Below, piece by piece: positions 6,790 to 16,227 of a stretch of DNA of 17,570 nt. The stretch covers positions 1 to 17,570 of the forward strand of contig JAUSKK010000031.1 of the NCBI GenBank assembly GCA_030649345.1, in the 5' to 3' direction. Origin of the DNA: Candidatus Iainarchaeum sp. Its GTDB lineage: Archaea; Iainarchaeota; Iainarchaeia; Iainarchaeales; 0-14-0-20-34-12. The position numbers and the translations under genes were made by a program. A model generated the notes under the pieces. The model searched no databases, was not told the origin of the DNA, and saw nothing but the letters and a program-made list of their open reading frames with translations. The stretch's first letter is position 1, and every line of letters begins with the position of its first letter.

Positions 6790-9700
6790 AAGAATTCGCT
6801 TAAAGATCTTTGCTGGGTTTTCTCTGGATTAAATACTGAATCCACTTCTTCTTCTATTAAATCCATTCTTTGCCGCAAGTAATCGCTGAGCTTGTATTCT
6901 ACAATAATGTCTTTGGCAATATCAATGTATTTGCGTATACTTCCTTGAGAAATAGTCAAAATCAAATTTCCTTCTTTGCAAGTACATTTTCCACTTAAAG
7001 GAATTCTTCGAAATTTTGCATTACAGCTGGTACACCGAAACTGCTGTCGGCTGAAACTCCGCATGTTTCCAATACAGTCTGGCAAAAAATGGCTGACCAA
7101 GACTCGTTCAATGGAATCTTTGCAGTCTACAGCCATAATTCTGGACTGTAATTTGGCTTGAAGCCTGACTTTTTCTTCCATAGATTTTAATTTCACATAC
7201 TTGGAATAATACGGGCCTTCTTCAAATCTTGAACACGAATGCGTAAACTTTAATCCAGAATATTGTTCAGGCTTATTCAAAGTCTGCTGTACAATCTTAA
7301 TTCCTTGAACTGCATCCGGCATAGCATATTGTAAAGCTTTTTCGTATAACTCTAAAGGATATTCTGTTCCAATATCCATGTTGTAAACCTCGTCATCAAT
7401 CTCCGTTGGCTTTAAGGCAATGGTGAAAACCAAAGGAGCATCCATTCTTCCTCCTCTGGTTTCCGGCAAATAAGCTTGAGAAAAATTAATCAAACCATCC
7501 AATAACAACATGTAAGAATCTTGTTCGCCGTCGCAGTTTCTTCGCTTGACTTGATGAAAAAATGGATGGGCAAATCCTCCGCGTGCTTTTGTGTATCCTA
7601 AAATTCTTCCCACAATCGCTGCACTGGTATGGGGTGCTAAACCTAAAATAATTTCTCCAATTAAGTCTTCTTTGGTTTGTGCATTATAGTAAGTCGGCAA
7701 TCCATACAATCTTTGTAATTCTTCATCCACAAATTGGCTGACTCTTAAAAAAAAATCTCCAGTGCCTTCATGTACAATAATGTCTTGAGGCTTAATTTCA
7801 ATGACTTGGTCGCTATTTTCTAAACCATTTCCATCTACATCTTGCGTGTATCCCAATTGTTTTAATTTTTCAATACTGACTTCAATTTCTTTGGGTTTAA
7901 AATGAGTAATCGGTAAATTAATGAGTTCATATCTAAGTGTTCCATCTCGAAACATATGCAAGTCATGTTTGGCCCGCAGAATTCCTTTTTCAATCGGTTC
8001 AGCAATTCGATCCTGATTAATGACTCCTTTGACTCCTTTCACGATGTCTGGAATTTTAATATTTAATTTTTGAGTTGCTCGAATAAATTCTTCTTTTAAG
8101 TCAATGGTTCGCTTGCTAAACGAACGCGTTACCATTTTACACGACGGGCATTTTTCTTCTAAAGTTTCCATTCCGCAATTTTTACAGGATCTCACTCGTG
8201 TTGTTCTCTGCTGGCAGGCACTGCAAAAAGATAAATTGGAAAGAGTATTGCAGTTTAAACATTTCAACATAGCTAACTCTACTTCAATTTTGCCATTGTT
8301 TTTTTCCGAAGCTTTATTAATACTGCGAATACTTCCGCCATTATTGCCAATCGGAAATAAACAATGCGGATTTCCTTTCATTTCCCGTTCACTTGAACTC
8401 TCCGGTCTTCCCATTCTTGAACCCAAAAAAGTTCCAGCTTTGTCTCGAATTTGAATTCCAGAAATTGTTTCCAAAATTTTTAAGTTAGAATCCAATTCAT
8501 TTAATTTTTCAAAATCCAAAATTTTTCCAATTCCAAATGTAAACTCTAAAGCTTGGCTTATTTCTTCATTAAACACAATCCAGTTATCCAAGATTTTGTG
8601 TTCTAATCCTATTTTTTCCAGCCATCCTTTGGTTGAAGTTTCTTTTTCTAGTTTCAGAATTTTGTTTCCAAATTCATTTTTTTCAAAAATTCCTGCATGT
8701 AATTTTTTTACTAGATCTAAAAATTCTTGTTTATTCAATAAACTATAATACGCCGTGAATTTGGGGTGCAATGGTACTGAATATTTTTGAGTAAATTCCA
8801 ATGCTTGCGTCCAAGAAAGAGTTAATTCATTTACTTTTTCTCCAGTATAGCCTGCTTTTTTGATTTCTTGCATCCACCAATCATGGTTGTATCCTGCCGG
8901 CAGTAATGGATGGGAACTGAATCGAAAGTCTCCAAAGCAAACCAGCATGTCTCCTAGAAACAAAATTTTGTGGATTTGTTCTTTGACTTTTTGAGTTTGT
9001 TCAACTGTCTTCAATTGGACTACGCTTCCGTTTTCCAATAAAACAATCGGGCCGTCTATAGTATCGCAGGCCGTAATACTGGTTGCTTTTCCGGGTCTTT
9101 CTAATTTAATTTGCGTTCCAATGGCTGCAAATTCATCTAAAGCATACATGGTGGCCGGATGAATGGCTTTAGCCATAATTCCCATAGCTCTGGTTCTTCC
9201 ATATCGTAATCGAAAGCCTCCGGGCCTGCTGGGATACGAAAATATAGGCCGGCCGGCAGCTACTCCTTCTAAATATTTGGCGTCTGGTTTAATTTTCTTT
9301 TTTCCGTCATCTTTGGTTACAGAAATAATATCTTCTAACCAAGACCAATTCAAGCTTAACATTTTGGAAAAATTTAAAATTTTTCTAGCCTTTAATGCAA
9401 TTCCTTCACTAATGACCAAACAAGCTCCTCCTCTGACTCGATTGTTGGGGACTCGTTTTAGGTCTCGATGCAATGCAACTTCTCGTTCTTCGGTAGGTTC
9501 TCCGTTAATGCAGACTGGACATCCGCGGATAATTTTTCGCACTTCTTCTGTTTTGAGTCTGTATTGTCTTGAAAAAATTTCTTCATAAATTTCTGTTTCT
9601 TCTACGTATCGTTCAATTTCGTCTTCGGTTGGTTTGAATTTATCTAAACCTAACAAAATTCTTCCATAGTCTCCTAAAATTAAAGGTAGTACAGCAGAAG

Positions 9701-10181
9701 TCCCTCCGGCTGCACGAATTGGGCCAGCGTAATAAATATCTACATATTCTGAACCATCAAAGTTTTGGCTAATCAATACTTTCGGCACTCCATCCAATGG
9801 AGCTACTACAACTCCTTCTGTGTTTAACATGAGTGCACTTTTAATGGCTTGTTCTAGTCTTTTTTGTCGGTCTGGAATTTCGCACCATTTTTGTTCAATA
9901 ATTTCTTTAAATATTTCAAACATAGTCTGCGTTCTATCCCCTTTTTTTTCAATAATCAAATCTCTGTACCTTTGAGCAATTCCTTTAGGGCCAATAATTT
10001 TTTCAGTCCGGTCAGCCAAGTCTGCTGCTGGCAAGGTTTCCACTTCCATAGAATAATCCAAGCCTTGCTCGCGTGCTTTGGTGGCTAAACTAAATTGCTG
10101 TTCTACGCGGTGATGAATGGTTTCAAAATATTTTTGAATTTCTGGAGTCGCTACCAAATCCAATTTAATAATCTCAGTCAT
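6786..10181 (-). CDS. polC: DNA polymerase II (family D) large catalytic subunit DP2
   Basis: 1131 aa. Characteristic DP2 N-terminus (YFETIHHRVEQQFSLATKAREQGLDYSMEVETLPAADLADRTE), central Cys4 clusters (CLNCNTLSNLSFCSACQQ...CKNCG...CPSCK) and a C-terminal Zn module (CTSCNAKFRRIPLSGKCTCKEGNLILT). The length fits an intein-free DP2. AGAGGA lies 6 nt upstream of the ATG, immediately after the DP1 stop. Confidence 0.93.
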   Translation of the reverse strand: MTEIIKLDLVATPEIQKYFETIHHRVEQQFSLATKAREQGLDYSMEVETLPAADLADRTEKIIGPKGIAQRYRDLIIEKKGDRTQTMFEIFKEIIEQKWCEIPDRQKRLEQAIKSALMLNTEGVVVAPLDGVPKVLISQNFDGSEYVDIYYAGPIRAAGGTSAVLPLILGDYGRILLGLDKFKPTEDEIERYVEETEIYEEIFSRQYRLKTEEVRKIIRGCPVCINGEPTEEREVALHRDLKRVPNNRVRGGACLVISEGIALKARKILNFSKMLSLNWSWLEDIISVTKDDGKKKIKPDAKYLEGVAAGRPIFSYPSRPGGFRLRYGRTRAMGIMAKAIHPATMYALDEFAAIGTQIKLERPGKATSITACDTIDGPIVLLENGSVVQLKTVEQTQKVKEQIHKILFLGDMLVCFGDFRFSSHPLLPAGYNHDWWMQEIKKAGYTGEKVNELTLSWTQALEFTQKYSVPLHPKFTAYYSLLNKQEFLDLVKKLHAGIFEKNEFGNKILKLEKETSTKGWLEKIGLEHKILDNWIVFNEEISQALEFTFGIGKILDFEKLNELDSNLKILETISGIQIRDKAGTFLGSRMGRPESSSEREMKGNPHCLFPIGNNGGSIRSINKASEKNNGKIEVELAMLKCLNCNTLSNLSFCSACQQRTTRVRSCKNCGMETLEEKCPSCKMVTRSFSKRTIDLKEEFIRATQKLNIKIPDIVKGVKGVINQDRIAEPIEKGILRAKHDLHMFRDGTLRYELINLPITHFKPKEIEVSIEKLKQLGYTQDVDGNGLENSDQVIEIKPQDIIVHEGTGDFFLRVSQFVDEELQRLYGLPTYYNAQTKEDLIGEIILGLAPHTSAAIVGRILGYTKARGGFAHPFFHQVKRRNCDGEQDSYMLLLDGLINFSQAYLPETRGGRMDAPLVFTIALKPTEIDDEVYNMDIGTEYPLELYEKALQYAMPDAVQGIKIVQQTLNKPEQYSGLKFTHSCSRFEEGPYYSKYVKLKSMEEKVRLQAKLQSRIMAVDCKDSIERVLVSHFLPDCIGNMRSFSRQQFRCTSCNAKFRRIPLSGKCTCKEGNLILTISQGSIRKYIDIAKDIIVEYKLSDYLRQRMDLIEEEVDSVFNPEKTQQRSLSEFF

Positions 10182-10192
10182 TTTTTCCTCTT

Positions 10193-11752
10193 TTAATTAT
10201 GATATTCGTTTGCAACTTGTACTGGTTCTGCAAATTCTCGTTCTGAAATTTTTCTGGTTTGTAAATTAATGATTGGAATAATTCCAGGAGTTGGAATATG
10301 GCCTAGTTTTACTTGATAGGCTGTTCTTGCCTGGAAAGTTGAATTATTAATAACTGTAGTGCCCCTGTAAAATGCATAGTTTCTTCTGTGATGGTCTCCC
10401 AAGAATACTAAATCCGGTTCTTCGTGGATTGTCATGAAATCTCTTTTTTCTGGAACATAGGGTTTACGCATTCCATAACTGGTCATAAAGTCTCGTTTTC
10501 TTAATAATTCCACACAGCCTTTGGCGGGTTCAGCTGCACTCAAAAAACTAACTTTGGAAAACAAATCATGCAAACTTCCGCCGTGATACAATACTGTTTT
10601 CATTCCTTCAATTTCCAGCCAGCCTGGACTGCTTAAAAAATGAAAATTTTTCATTTTATATAATTCTGGAACCAATTTTTTGGGTAAAGATGGCTGGGGA
10701 TCAGCGTTGCGTACTGCATCATGATTTCCAGGAATAACAAATACTTCTACATATTCTGGAATCTTTAACATGTATTCTTCGAATACTCTATATTGTTCAA
10801 AAATATCTGTAATGGATAATTCATCAAATTGTCCAGGGTACACGCCAATCCCATCGCATAAATCTCCAGTGATCACCAAGTATTTTATTTTTCCCAATTG
10901 TTCTAATTCTTTTTGTGATTCAACTCGTCCATTCATCCATTCTAAAAATTCGTTAAATGATTTTTCTAAAAACAATTTACTGCCAACATGAATATCGCTG
11001 ACTCCAGCAATGGCTACATCTTCTTCAATTTTGCGTTCGCTTCTTTGCGGAATATCCGGCCAAAAAATTTCTTTAATAATAAACAATTCATCGGAAGCTT
11101 TTGTGGCTTTGACTCCAATGACATTGTCTGGCATAATGAGTTCTTTTTCTTTCATTAATTTTCGGTCATCTTTCATGACCAAGCCAATGCACGAGCTTTC
11201 TAAATCTTCCAATCGTATTCCCATATGTCCGTTTTTGGTAATCCATTTTTCTGAAACCATTCCAATAAAGTCAACTTCATTGTTTTTGCTGACAATTCTC
11301 ATTTTTTTGATTTCTTTCGGCTTAAAACTCGGGTGTTTTTTCAGCAAAGTTTCTAATTCTAAAAATTTTTGCTGAAAATAATTCAAAAAATCTTTTACTT
11401 TTCCCTGCGTTCCGCTTTGATGGGTGACATCGTATTCATGCATAATCTTATAATTCTGTTCAATATCTTTGGCTAAAGGCTTAAATGCTGTAAACTCAAT
11501 TCGAACTGTGGGTTCTTCAGTCAAACTTTTTTCTACTTTGCTTTGCAGTTCAGGATTTTGCTTGCGTGTTTTTTCTTCCTGCTCTAAGTTAAAAATAGCT
11601 TCTTCATTAATCCAAAAAATTTGGCGTTCAATGCATTTTTCTAAAAAATTTTTCCAATCTATTTTTTCTTCTAAAAGTAGTACTGCCTTGGAGTCAATTA
11701 ACAGTTCTTTCTCTGCAGCATAGGCTATAATCTCTTCTTTGATTTTGGGCAT
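10193..11752 (-). CDS. polB: DNA polymerase II (family D) small subunit DP1 (Mre11-like 3'-5' exonuclease)
   Basis: Calcineurin-type phosphoesterase motifs are intact: VSDIHVGS, ITGDLCDGIG, IPGNHDAV, LYHGGS, FLGDHHR. Start set at the ATG at 11752 (MPKIKEEII...) rather than the TTG at 11800 used by the ORF track. Confidence 0.9.
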   Translation of the reverse strand: MPKIKEEIIAYAAEKELLIDSKAVLLLEEKIDWKNFLEKCIERQIFWINEEAIFNLEQEEKTRKQNPELQSKVEKSLTEEPTVRIEFTAFKPLAKDIEQNYKIMHEYDVTHQSGTQGKVKDFLNYFQQKFLELETLLKKHPSFKPKEIKKMRIVSKNNEVDFIGMVSEKWITKNGHMGIRLEDLESSCIGLVMKDDRKLMKEKELIMPDNVIGVKATKASDELFIIKEIFWPDIPQRSERKIEEDVAIAGVSDIHVGSKLFLEKSFNEFLEWMNGRVESQKELEQLGKIKYLVITGDLCDGIGVYPGQFDELSITDIFEQYRVFEEYMLKIPEYVEVFVIPGNHDAVRNADPQPSLPKKLVPELYKMKNFHFLSSPGWLEIEGMKTVLYHGGSLHDLFSKVSFLSAAEPAKGCVELLRKRDFMTSYGMRKPYVPEKRDFMTIHEEPDLVFLGDHHRRNYAFYRGTTVINNSTFQARTAYQVKLGHIPTPGIIPIINLQTRKISEREFAEPVQVANEYHN

Positions 11753-11838
11753 AGTATTCTCTCGCTTTACGTTTCCATTAAGGTAATGTAAAGCAAACAA
11801 TCCAGTTGTTACCGGATCTTTGTATTTTTTGATAATTG

Positions 11839-12123
11839 TTACTTTTTGATGAGCTCTTTTACGCGTTCCAGTTCACTGACAATTTCCCATAATGTGGTTC
11901 GTGTATGTTCCGGCATATTGATATCTGAGCTGACATCATCTAATTCATAAATAGCTGAACTTAAATTGGAATCTAAATCTACTTCTGCGTTTAGTTTTTG
12001 CCGGGCGCGTTCTACGGCTGCGCGAATATTTTTAGGAACTCCACGGTCTCCCAAAACTTCTTCCATGAATGAAATTGCAGTTTTCATTTCTATTTTTGAA
12101 TCAACTGGAATTTTTTTTGCCAT
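11839..12123 (-). CDS. UPF0147-family small helical protein (94 aa)
   Basis: Matches the pattern I associate with the archaeal UPF0147 family: ...GDRGVPKNIRAAVERARQKL...AIYELDDVSSDINMPEHTRTTLWEIVSELE. GGTGA (complement of 12128-12132) lies 4 nt upstream of the ATG. Confidence 0.7.
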   Translation of the reverse strand: MAKKIPVDSKIEMKTAISFMEEVLGDRGVPKNIRAAVERARQKLNAEVDLDSNLSSAIYELDDVSSDINMPEHTRTTLWEIVSELERVKELIKK

Positions 12124-12240
12124 AATTTCACCACTAACTGTCTAGTCTATATAGTATACTAATTTCTATAATCCGTATTGTTTTTAAACGTGTTTAAGAT
12201 TTTCAGCAAATCTTAAAATTTTAAAAAACCCAAGTTTTTT

Positions 12241-13257
12241 TTAAACCTGCATTGGGTTCTCTTCCACAGGCTGTGTTTCAATAAATGCTTGAATATTTTT
12301 CAATATCTTTTCAGTCAATTCTTTATCGGCTTGATGCGATATTAAATAGTTTCGTTTTCCCAATGCTTGTGTGCAGGCCTGAATTTGTTCTTTGGATGAA
12401 ATGTCTTGTTTGTTGACTATGATAACAATTTCTTTTTTGGAAAAGTTTTTTTCAATACTTTTCAATAATTCCATTTGCGTTTTCAGTTCATAACCGCATT
12501 GTTCGGATGCATCAATCAAAAACAAAATTAATCCATTCAATTGCTGTAAGGCAGTAATGGCTTTGCGTTCAATTTGGTTTCGTTTTTCTAAAGGACTTTC
12601 CAATAAACCAGGCGTATCTATGACTTGAATTTTTCGAAACTTGTATTCAAAATATCCAATGTTTAATTGTTGGGTGGTGAAAGGATAGTTTGCAATCTTG
12701 GGTTTGGCGGAAGTCATTTTGGCTAACCAAGTGCTTTTTCCAGTATTTGGCATTCCGGCTAAAATTAAAGTAACTGCAGCAGCATCCAAGTGAGGAATTT
12801 CCTGCAGTGCTTTTTGAGTATCATTGTAGAATCCAATATCTTTGCTTAATGATTTGATGACTGAAATACTTCTTCCGTAAAACTTTTTCACAATTCCTTT
12901 AATTTCAGATTCGTTTTGTGTCTTTTTACACAACCGAATGTGTTGTTTTTTGAGATCGGATAAAATTTTTTGCACAGCACCCAATTTGGCGTGAATTTGC
13001 TGGAGTTTTCCTGTTCCAATTAAAATATTGATTAATTCTTTTTCAAAATCAGTTAAAGTATCTGTATCCGGAAGACTGGCTTGAGCTTGGCTTATTTTTT
13101 CATCAAATACTTCAGCCATAACTTCAATTTTTCGAATTTCCGCAGTCTTGGTTCGTTTGGTTTTGTCTTTTACTTTTTTAGTAATCGCGGCTTTTCGTGT
13201 TTTACGAAATCCTTGGTCAATCCATTCCTGAATTTTCGGCAAATAATAAGTCTTCAT
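12241..13257 (-). CDS. Nog1-family GTP-binding protein (archaeal Nog1-like GTPase)
   Basis: G1 GMPNTGKS, G2 YPFTT, G3 DTPG, G4 NKQD, preceded by the helical Nog1-type N-terminal domain. TTTATAA (complement of 13287-13293) lies 30 nt upstream of the ATG. Confidence 0.8.
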   Translation of the reverse strand: MKTYYLPKIQEWIDQGFRKTRKAAITKKVKDKTKRTKTAEIRKIEVMAEVFDEKISQAQASLPDTDTLTDFEKELINILIGTGKLQQIHAKLGAVQKILSDLKKQHIRLCKKTQNESEIKGIVKKFYGRSISVIKSLSKDIGFYNDTQKALQEIPHLDAAAVTLILAGMPNTGKSTWLAKMTSAKPKIANYPFTTQQLNIGYFEYKFRKIQVIDTPGLLESPLEKRNQIERKAITALQQLNGLILFLIDASEQCGYELKTQMELLKSIEKNFSKKEIVIIVNKQDISSKEQIQACTQALGKRNYLISHQADKELTEKILKNIQAFIETQPVEENPMQV

Positions 13258-13346
13258 TTTGTCCCTTCAATGCTTAAAACGTATTCTTATAAACTTTTCA
13301 TTTAACTTTTCTTTATCTAATATATATTGGTGCGATGGGTTTTTGA
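13258..13346. promoter_or_regulatory. Divergent promoter region between the GTPase gene and secF
   Basis: This 89-bp spacer has TATA-like ttataaa (13287-13293, serving the minus-strand gene) and taatatatatt (13318-13328, 19-22 nt before the secF ATG). Confidence 0.4.
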
Positions 13347-14264
13347 ATGTCTTTGGAAGTAGCATTAAATAAGCTTTATTCCGGCAATTACCTGCGTTTA
13401 TTGGTCATTCCATTAATTTTGTTTGTTGTTTTATCTTTTTTGGCTTTTGTTTCTCCTGGAGTAAAACCAGGAATTGACTTGCAAGGCGGAACATCCTTTA
13501 CTTTGCGAACTGCAACCCAAATATCCAGTCAAGAATTAGTTGATTTTTTAGAATCTGAATTTAATTTACATAATGTGAGTGTCACCAGTGTATCGAGTGG
13601 AACAGACTATGGTTTTATTGTTCAATTCTCCGATACTTTAGAAGACTCGGATGGTTTGACTGCTAGTATTCAATCCAGAATTCAAACACAATTTAATTTA
13701 GAAGAAATTACTGCGTTTCAATTCCGGGAAATTGCTCCAGCTGTGGGCGCTATATTTTGGGAAACTTCAGTAACTGTTGTAATTGTTGCAGTCATTTTAT
13801 TGTTTTTGGTTATTTTGTTTTTATTCAAAGATTGGGTTCCAGCGATTGTTATTATTTTAGCCGGAATCTTTGACGCCTTAGCTGGATTGGCAGCCATGCC
13901 GTTTTTTGGAATTTCTTTATCTTTGCCAACCTTGTCTGCTTTGCTGATGGTCTTGGGTTACTCGATTGACAATGAAGTTTTGGTCAACAGCCGGATTAAT
14001 TTTGGAGTTGGAAAAACACCCAAAGAACAAGCAGTCAGTAGTTTCAAGACAGGAATGCTAATGACAATAACTGCTTTGGCTGCAGTTTTGGTTATGACTG
14101 TATTTTCGTTTTTTAATCAAATGATTTCCATTTACGAAATTGGAATTGTTTTATTTTTTGGATTATTGGGAGATGTAATTGTCACCTGGCTGATGAATAC
14201 ACCCATATTGTTATGGTTTGCTGAAAAAAAAGCAGCTAAAAAATTAGCTAAATATAAAAGGTAA
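13347..14264 (+). CDS. secF: Protein-export membrane protein SecF
   Basis: 305 aa. N-terminal TM followed by GIDLQGGTSF, a small extracytoplasmic domain, then a cluster of about 5 TM helices (RND-like SecDF fold). It lies immediately upstream of secD, as in archaeal secFD operons. Confidence 0.85.
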   Translation: MSLEVALNKLYSGNYLRLLVIPLILFVVLSFLAFVSPGVKPGIDLQGGTSFTLRTATQISSQELVDFLESEFNLHNVSVTSVSSGTDYGFIVQFSDTLEDSDGLTASIQSRIQTQFNLEEITAFQFREIAPAVGAIFWETSVTVVIVAVILLFLVILFLFKDWVPAIVIILAGIFDALAGLAAMPFFGISLSLPTLSALLMVLGYSIDNEVLVNSRINFGVGKTPKEQAVSSFKTGMLMTITALAAVLVMTVFSFFNQMISIYEIGIVLFFGLLGDVIVTWLMNTPILLWFAEKKAAKKLAKYKR

Positions 14265-14268
14265 TCAA

Positions 14269-15873
14269 ATGACATTGTTAAAAAACTGGAAAATTTTGCT
14301 TTGGATGGCATTCATTGTATTTTCTATCTGGATAGTATTTTCTTCCGGCTTAAATTTTGGAATTGATTTTAAAGGCGGAACTTTATTCCAAATCCATTTC
14401 AGTGAAAAAGTCAAGACAGCCGAAGAAATGGAACGAGTTACCAATGTTATTGAACAAAGACTCAATTGGACTGGATTAAAAGATGTCAAAGTAGTTGCTT
14501 TAGGCAATGAATTGGTTATGGCTCAATTGGCGGAAACTGATCCAGAAGTTGTGAATAGATTAGAAGCCTTGCTGAAAAAACAAGGAAGATTTGAGGTTAT
14601 TATTCAAGGAAAAGTTGCATTTACTGGAGAAGATGTTGTAGCCATTGATCAAACTTCCGGCACAGGATTGCCTCCGTTTCAGTCTAATGGAAGCTTTTTT
14701 TCTTGGAACATGCCGTTTAGTTTAAAATCGAAAGCTGCTGAAAAATTTCGCGATTTATCATTCCATCAATGTAGATTATTAACTTTAGAAAATTCTGGAA
14801 CCTATGACTGTGAAGTTACTTATTTTTTCATTGACCGTCCGCAAAATGCAGTTATTATTTTACCCCAAGAACAATATGGTATAGATAAAGAATTGCTTTT
14901 GCAAGGAAATATTTTACGAAACATTCCGAGTCAAGCCGATATTGACAAAATTATTGAACAATCTGGTTTAGATATTCGCGTTATTTCATCCAATACTTTA
15001 ACCGAAGAACAAAAATTGTTTGCTGCAGACATTCGTACAGTCATTATTCCAGAAAATGCAGATCCTGCATTGATTGCCGGTTTGCAGTCTTTAAATTATT
15101 CTGTAAAATTAGAACCTGTGCTTGAAGACATTCCTTGGCTTTGGCAAGTTGCAGGCTTGCGTTCGATTGTTAGATTACAGCCGAGTGTTACTGGAGACCA
15201 GCCGTATGTTGCAGCTAAAGAAAACTTTCAGCCTTTACAGGATTTAATTATTACTGGTTCTGGTGTAGATCAAGAAAGTGCTAAACGAGATAGACTGGAA
15301 ACCAAAGCTATTCTGCAGGCAGGTTCTCTGCCAGTCAGTGTAGAAAGTATTACGAAAGAATCTGTTTCTCCTTTGTTGGGAAAAAATTTCTTAACCCAAG
15401 CATGGATTATGGGTTTGCTGGCAATTTTGTTGGTTGCTTTAATTATTTTCCTGCGCTACCGCAAGCCTAAATTGGTTGTTCCGATTGTAGCCATTTCTTT
15501 GACCGAGACCTTTATTGCTGTAGTCTTTACTTCTATGGTTGGAAATATTACTTTAGAATCCATTGCAGCCATTATTGCTTCTGTGGGAACTGGAGTAAAC
15601 GATCAAATTATTATCACCGACGAATTATTGTCTGGTTCCATGAAAAGCGAAGTTTCTTCTTTTGCCGCCAGAATCAAACGTGCCTTCTTTATTGTCATCG
15701 GAAGTGCTGCCACCACTTTAGCTACCATGCTGCCCATCTTAATTTTCGGTGGAGCTTTAATTAAATTAGTTGGATTTGCCATTGCCACCATTGTTGCAGT
15801 CTTGGTCGGAGTATTAATCACACGGCCTGCTTTTAGTGAAATTGCACAAAAACTCATCCAAGATACGAAATAA
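14269..15873 (+). CDS. secD: Protein-export membrane protein SecD
   Basis: 534 aa. N-terminal TM followed by GIDFKGGTLF, a large extracytoplasmic domain of about 330 aa, and a C-terminal bundle of about 5 TM helices (...SVGTGVNDQIIITDE...). It starts 4 nt after the secF stop, with AGGT 6 nt upstream. Confidence 0.85.
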   Translation: MTLLKNWKILLWMAFIVFSIWIVFSSGLNFGIDFKGGTLFQIHFSEKVKTAEEMERVTNVIEQRLNWTGLKDVKVVALGNELVMAQLAETDPEVVNRLEALLKKQGRFEVIIQGKVAFTGEDVVAIDQTSGTGLPPFQSNGSFFSWNMPFSLKSKAAEKFRDLSFHQCRLLTLENSGTYDCEVTYFFIDRPQNAVIILPQEQYGIDKELLLQGNILRNIPSQADIDKIIEQSGLDIRVISSNTLTEEQKLFAADIRTVIIPENADPALIAGLQSLNYSVKLEPVLEDIPWLWQVAGLRSIVRLQPSVTGDQPYVAAKENFQPLQDLIITGSGVDQESAKRDRLETKAILQAGSLPVSVESITKESVSPLLGKNFLTQAWIMGLLAILLVALIIFLRYRKPKLVVPIVAISLTETFIAVVFTSMVGNITLESIAAIIASVGTGVNDQIIITDELLSGSMKSEVSSFAARIKRAFFIVIGSAATTLATMLPILIFGGALIKLVGFAIATIVAVLVGVLITRPAFSEIAQKLIQDTK

Positions 15874-15876
15874 AAT

Positions 15877-15910
15877 TAACGAACAATTTTCGTTATCAGC
15901 CTATTTTTTT
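15877..15910 (+). terminator. Hairpin plus T7 tract after secD
   Basis: taacgaa (15877-15883) pairs with ttcgtta (15889-15895) around a 5-nt loop. A ttttttt run follows at 15904-15910. Confidence 0.5.
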
Positions 15911-15987
15911 CTTTATTCCAGGCATGTCTTTAAATTCTAGTTCTGTGTTTTAAGTCTTAGCTTAAAGAGCTTTAAGGAGGAATTTGA

Positions 15988-16218
15988 ATGGGTGAAGATT
16001 GTTGTAAAGACGGAAAAGGTGGAGCTTGCAAAAGTGGAGCTTGTGTTTGCGGAATGCATTTATGCGGAAAATGCGCACCAGTCAATTTATTGTTTGGCTT
16101 AGTATTTTTAGTTTTAGGCTTAGGCTTATGGGCTGCAGCTCCAACTTGGTTTAATCCATGGACTGTTGTAGGAGTCTACTTAGCTCTCTGGGGCCTAACC
16201 TCCATGTTCATGAAATAA
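15988..16218 (+). CDS. Small Cys-rich membrane protein (76 aa: 7-Cys head plus two predicted TM helices)
   Basis: Strong SD AAGGAGG (15974-15980) lies 7 nt before the ATG. The N-terminus is MGEDCCKDGKGGACKSGACVCGMHLCGKC, followed by VNLLFGLVFLVLGLGLWAAA and WTVVGVYLALWGLTSMFM. It has its own TATA-like tttaaatt (15929-15936) and its own terminator. Confidence 0.7.
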   Translation: MGEDCCKDGKGGACKSGACVCGMHLCGKCAPVNLLFGLVFLVLGLGLWAAAPTWFNPWTVVGVYLALWGLTSMFMK

Positions 16219-16227
16219 TATTCTACA

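Noticed and set aside
7747-7755. A9 homopolymer (T9 on the coding strand) inside the essential DP2 gene, and T7-T8 runs in orc1 (4292-4299, 4437-4443), as possible slippage or phase-variation sites.
   Set aside because: Runs of this length are expected by composition in such AT-rich DNA. The reading frames are intact and encode ordinary Phe/Lys residues.
6976-10088. Plus-strand ORFs 6976-7161, 8104-8454, 9163-9588 and 9864-10088 inside the DP2 gene.
   Set aside because: They are antisense to a continuous 1131-aa DP2 with conserved Zn modules, so they are shadow ORFs.
6786-10181. Possible intein in DP2, since PolD and PolB genes of archaea often carry inteins.
   Set aside because: The length (1131 aa) is that of an intein-free DP2, and I see no intein splice-block-like insertion interrupting conserved regions.
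10770-11800. Plus-strand ORFs 10770-10991, 11010-11375 and 11469-11723 inside DP1, and the TTG-initiated 16-codon extension of DP1 (11753-11800).
   Set aside because: The plus-strand ORFs are antisense shadow ORFs. The extension uses a TTG and adds a non-conserved-looking MFALHYLNGNVKRENT. The ATG at 11752 is preferred, though I cannot exclude the longer form.
13081-15857. ORFs 13081-13305 (+), 14265-14507 (-) and 15603-15857 (-).
   Set aside because: They are antisense to the GTPase and SecD genes. The translations are hydrophobic or low-complexity mirror images of membrane-protein coding sequence.
15988-16218. The Cys-rich 76-aa product as a RiPP or bacteriocin precursor.
   Set aside because: No modifying enzyme, protease or transporter genes are adjacent. 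The C-terminal two thirds form a convincing two-TM hairpin rather than a leader/core architecture.
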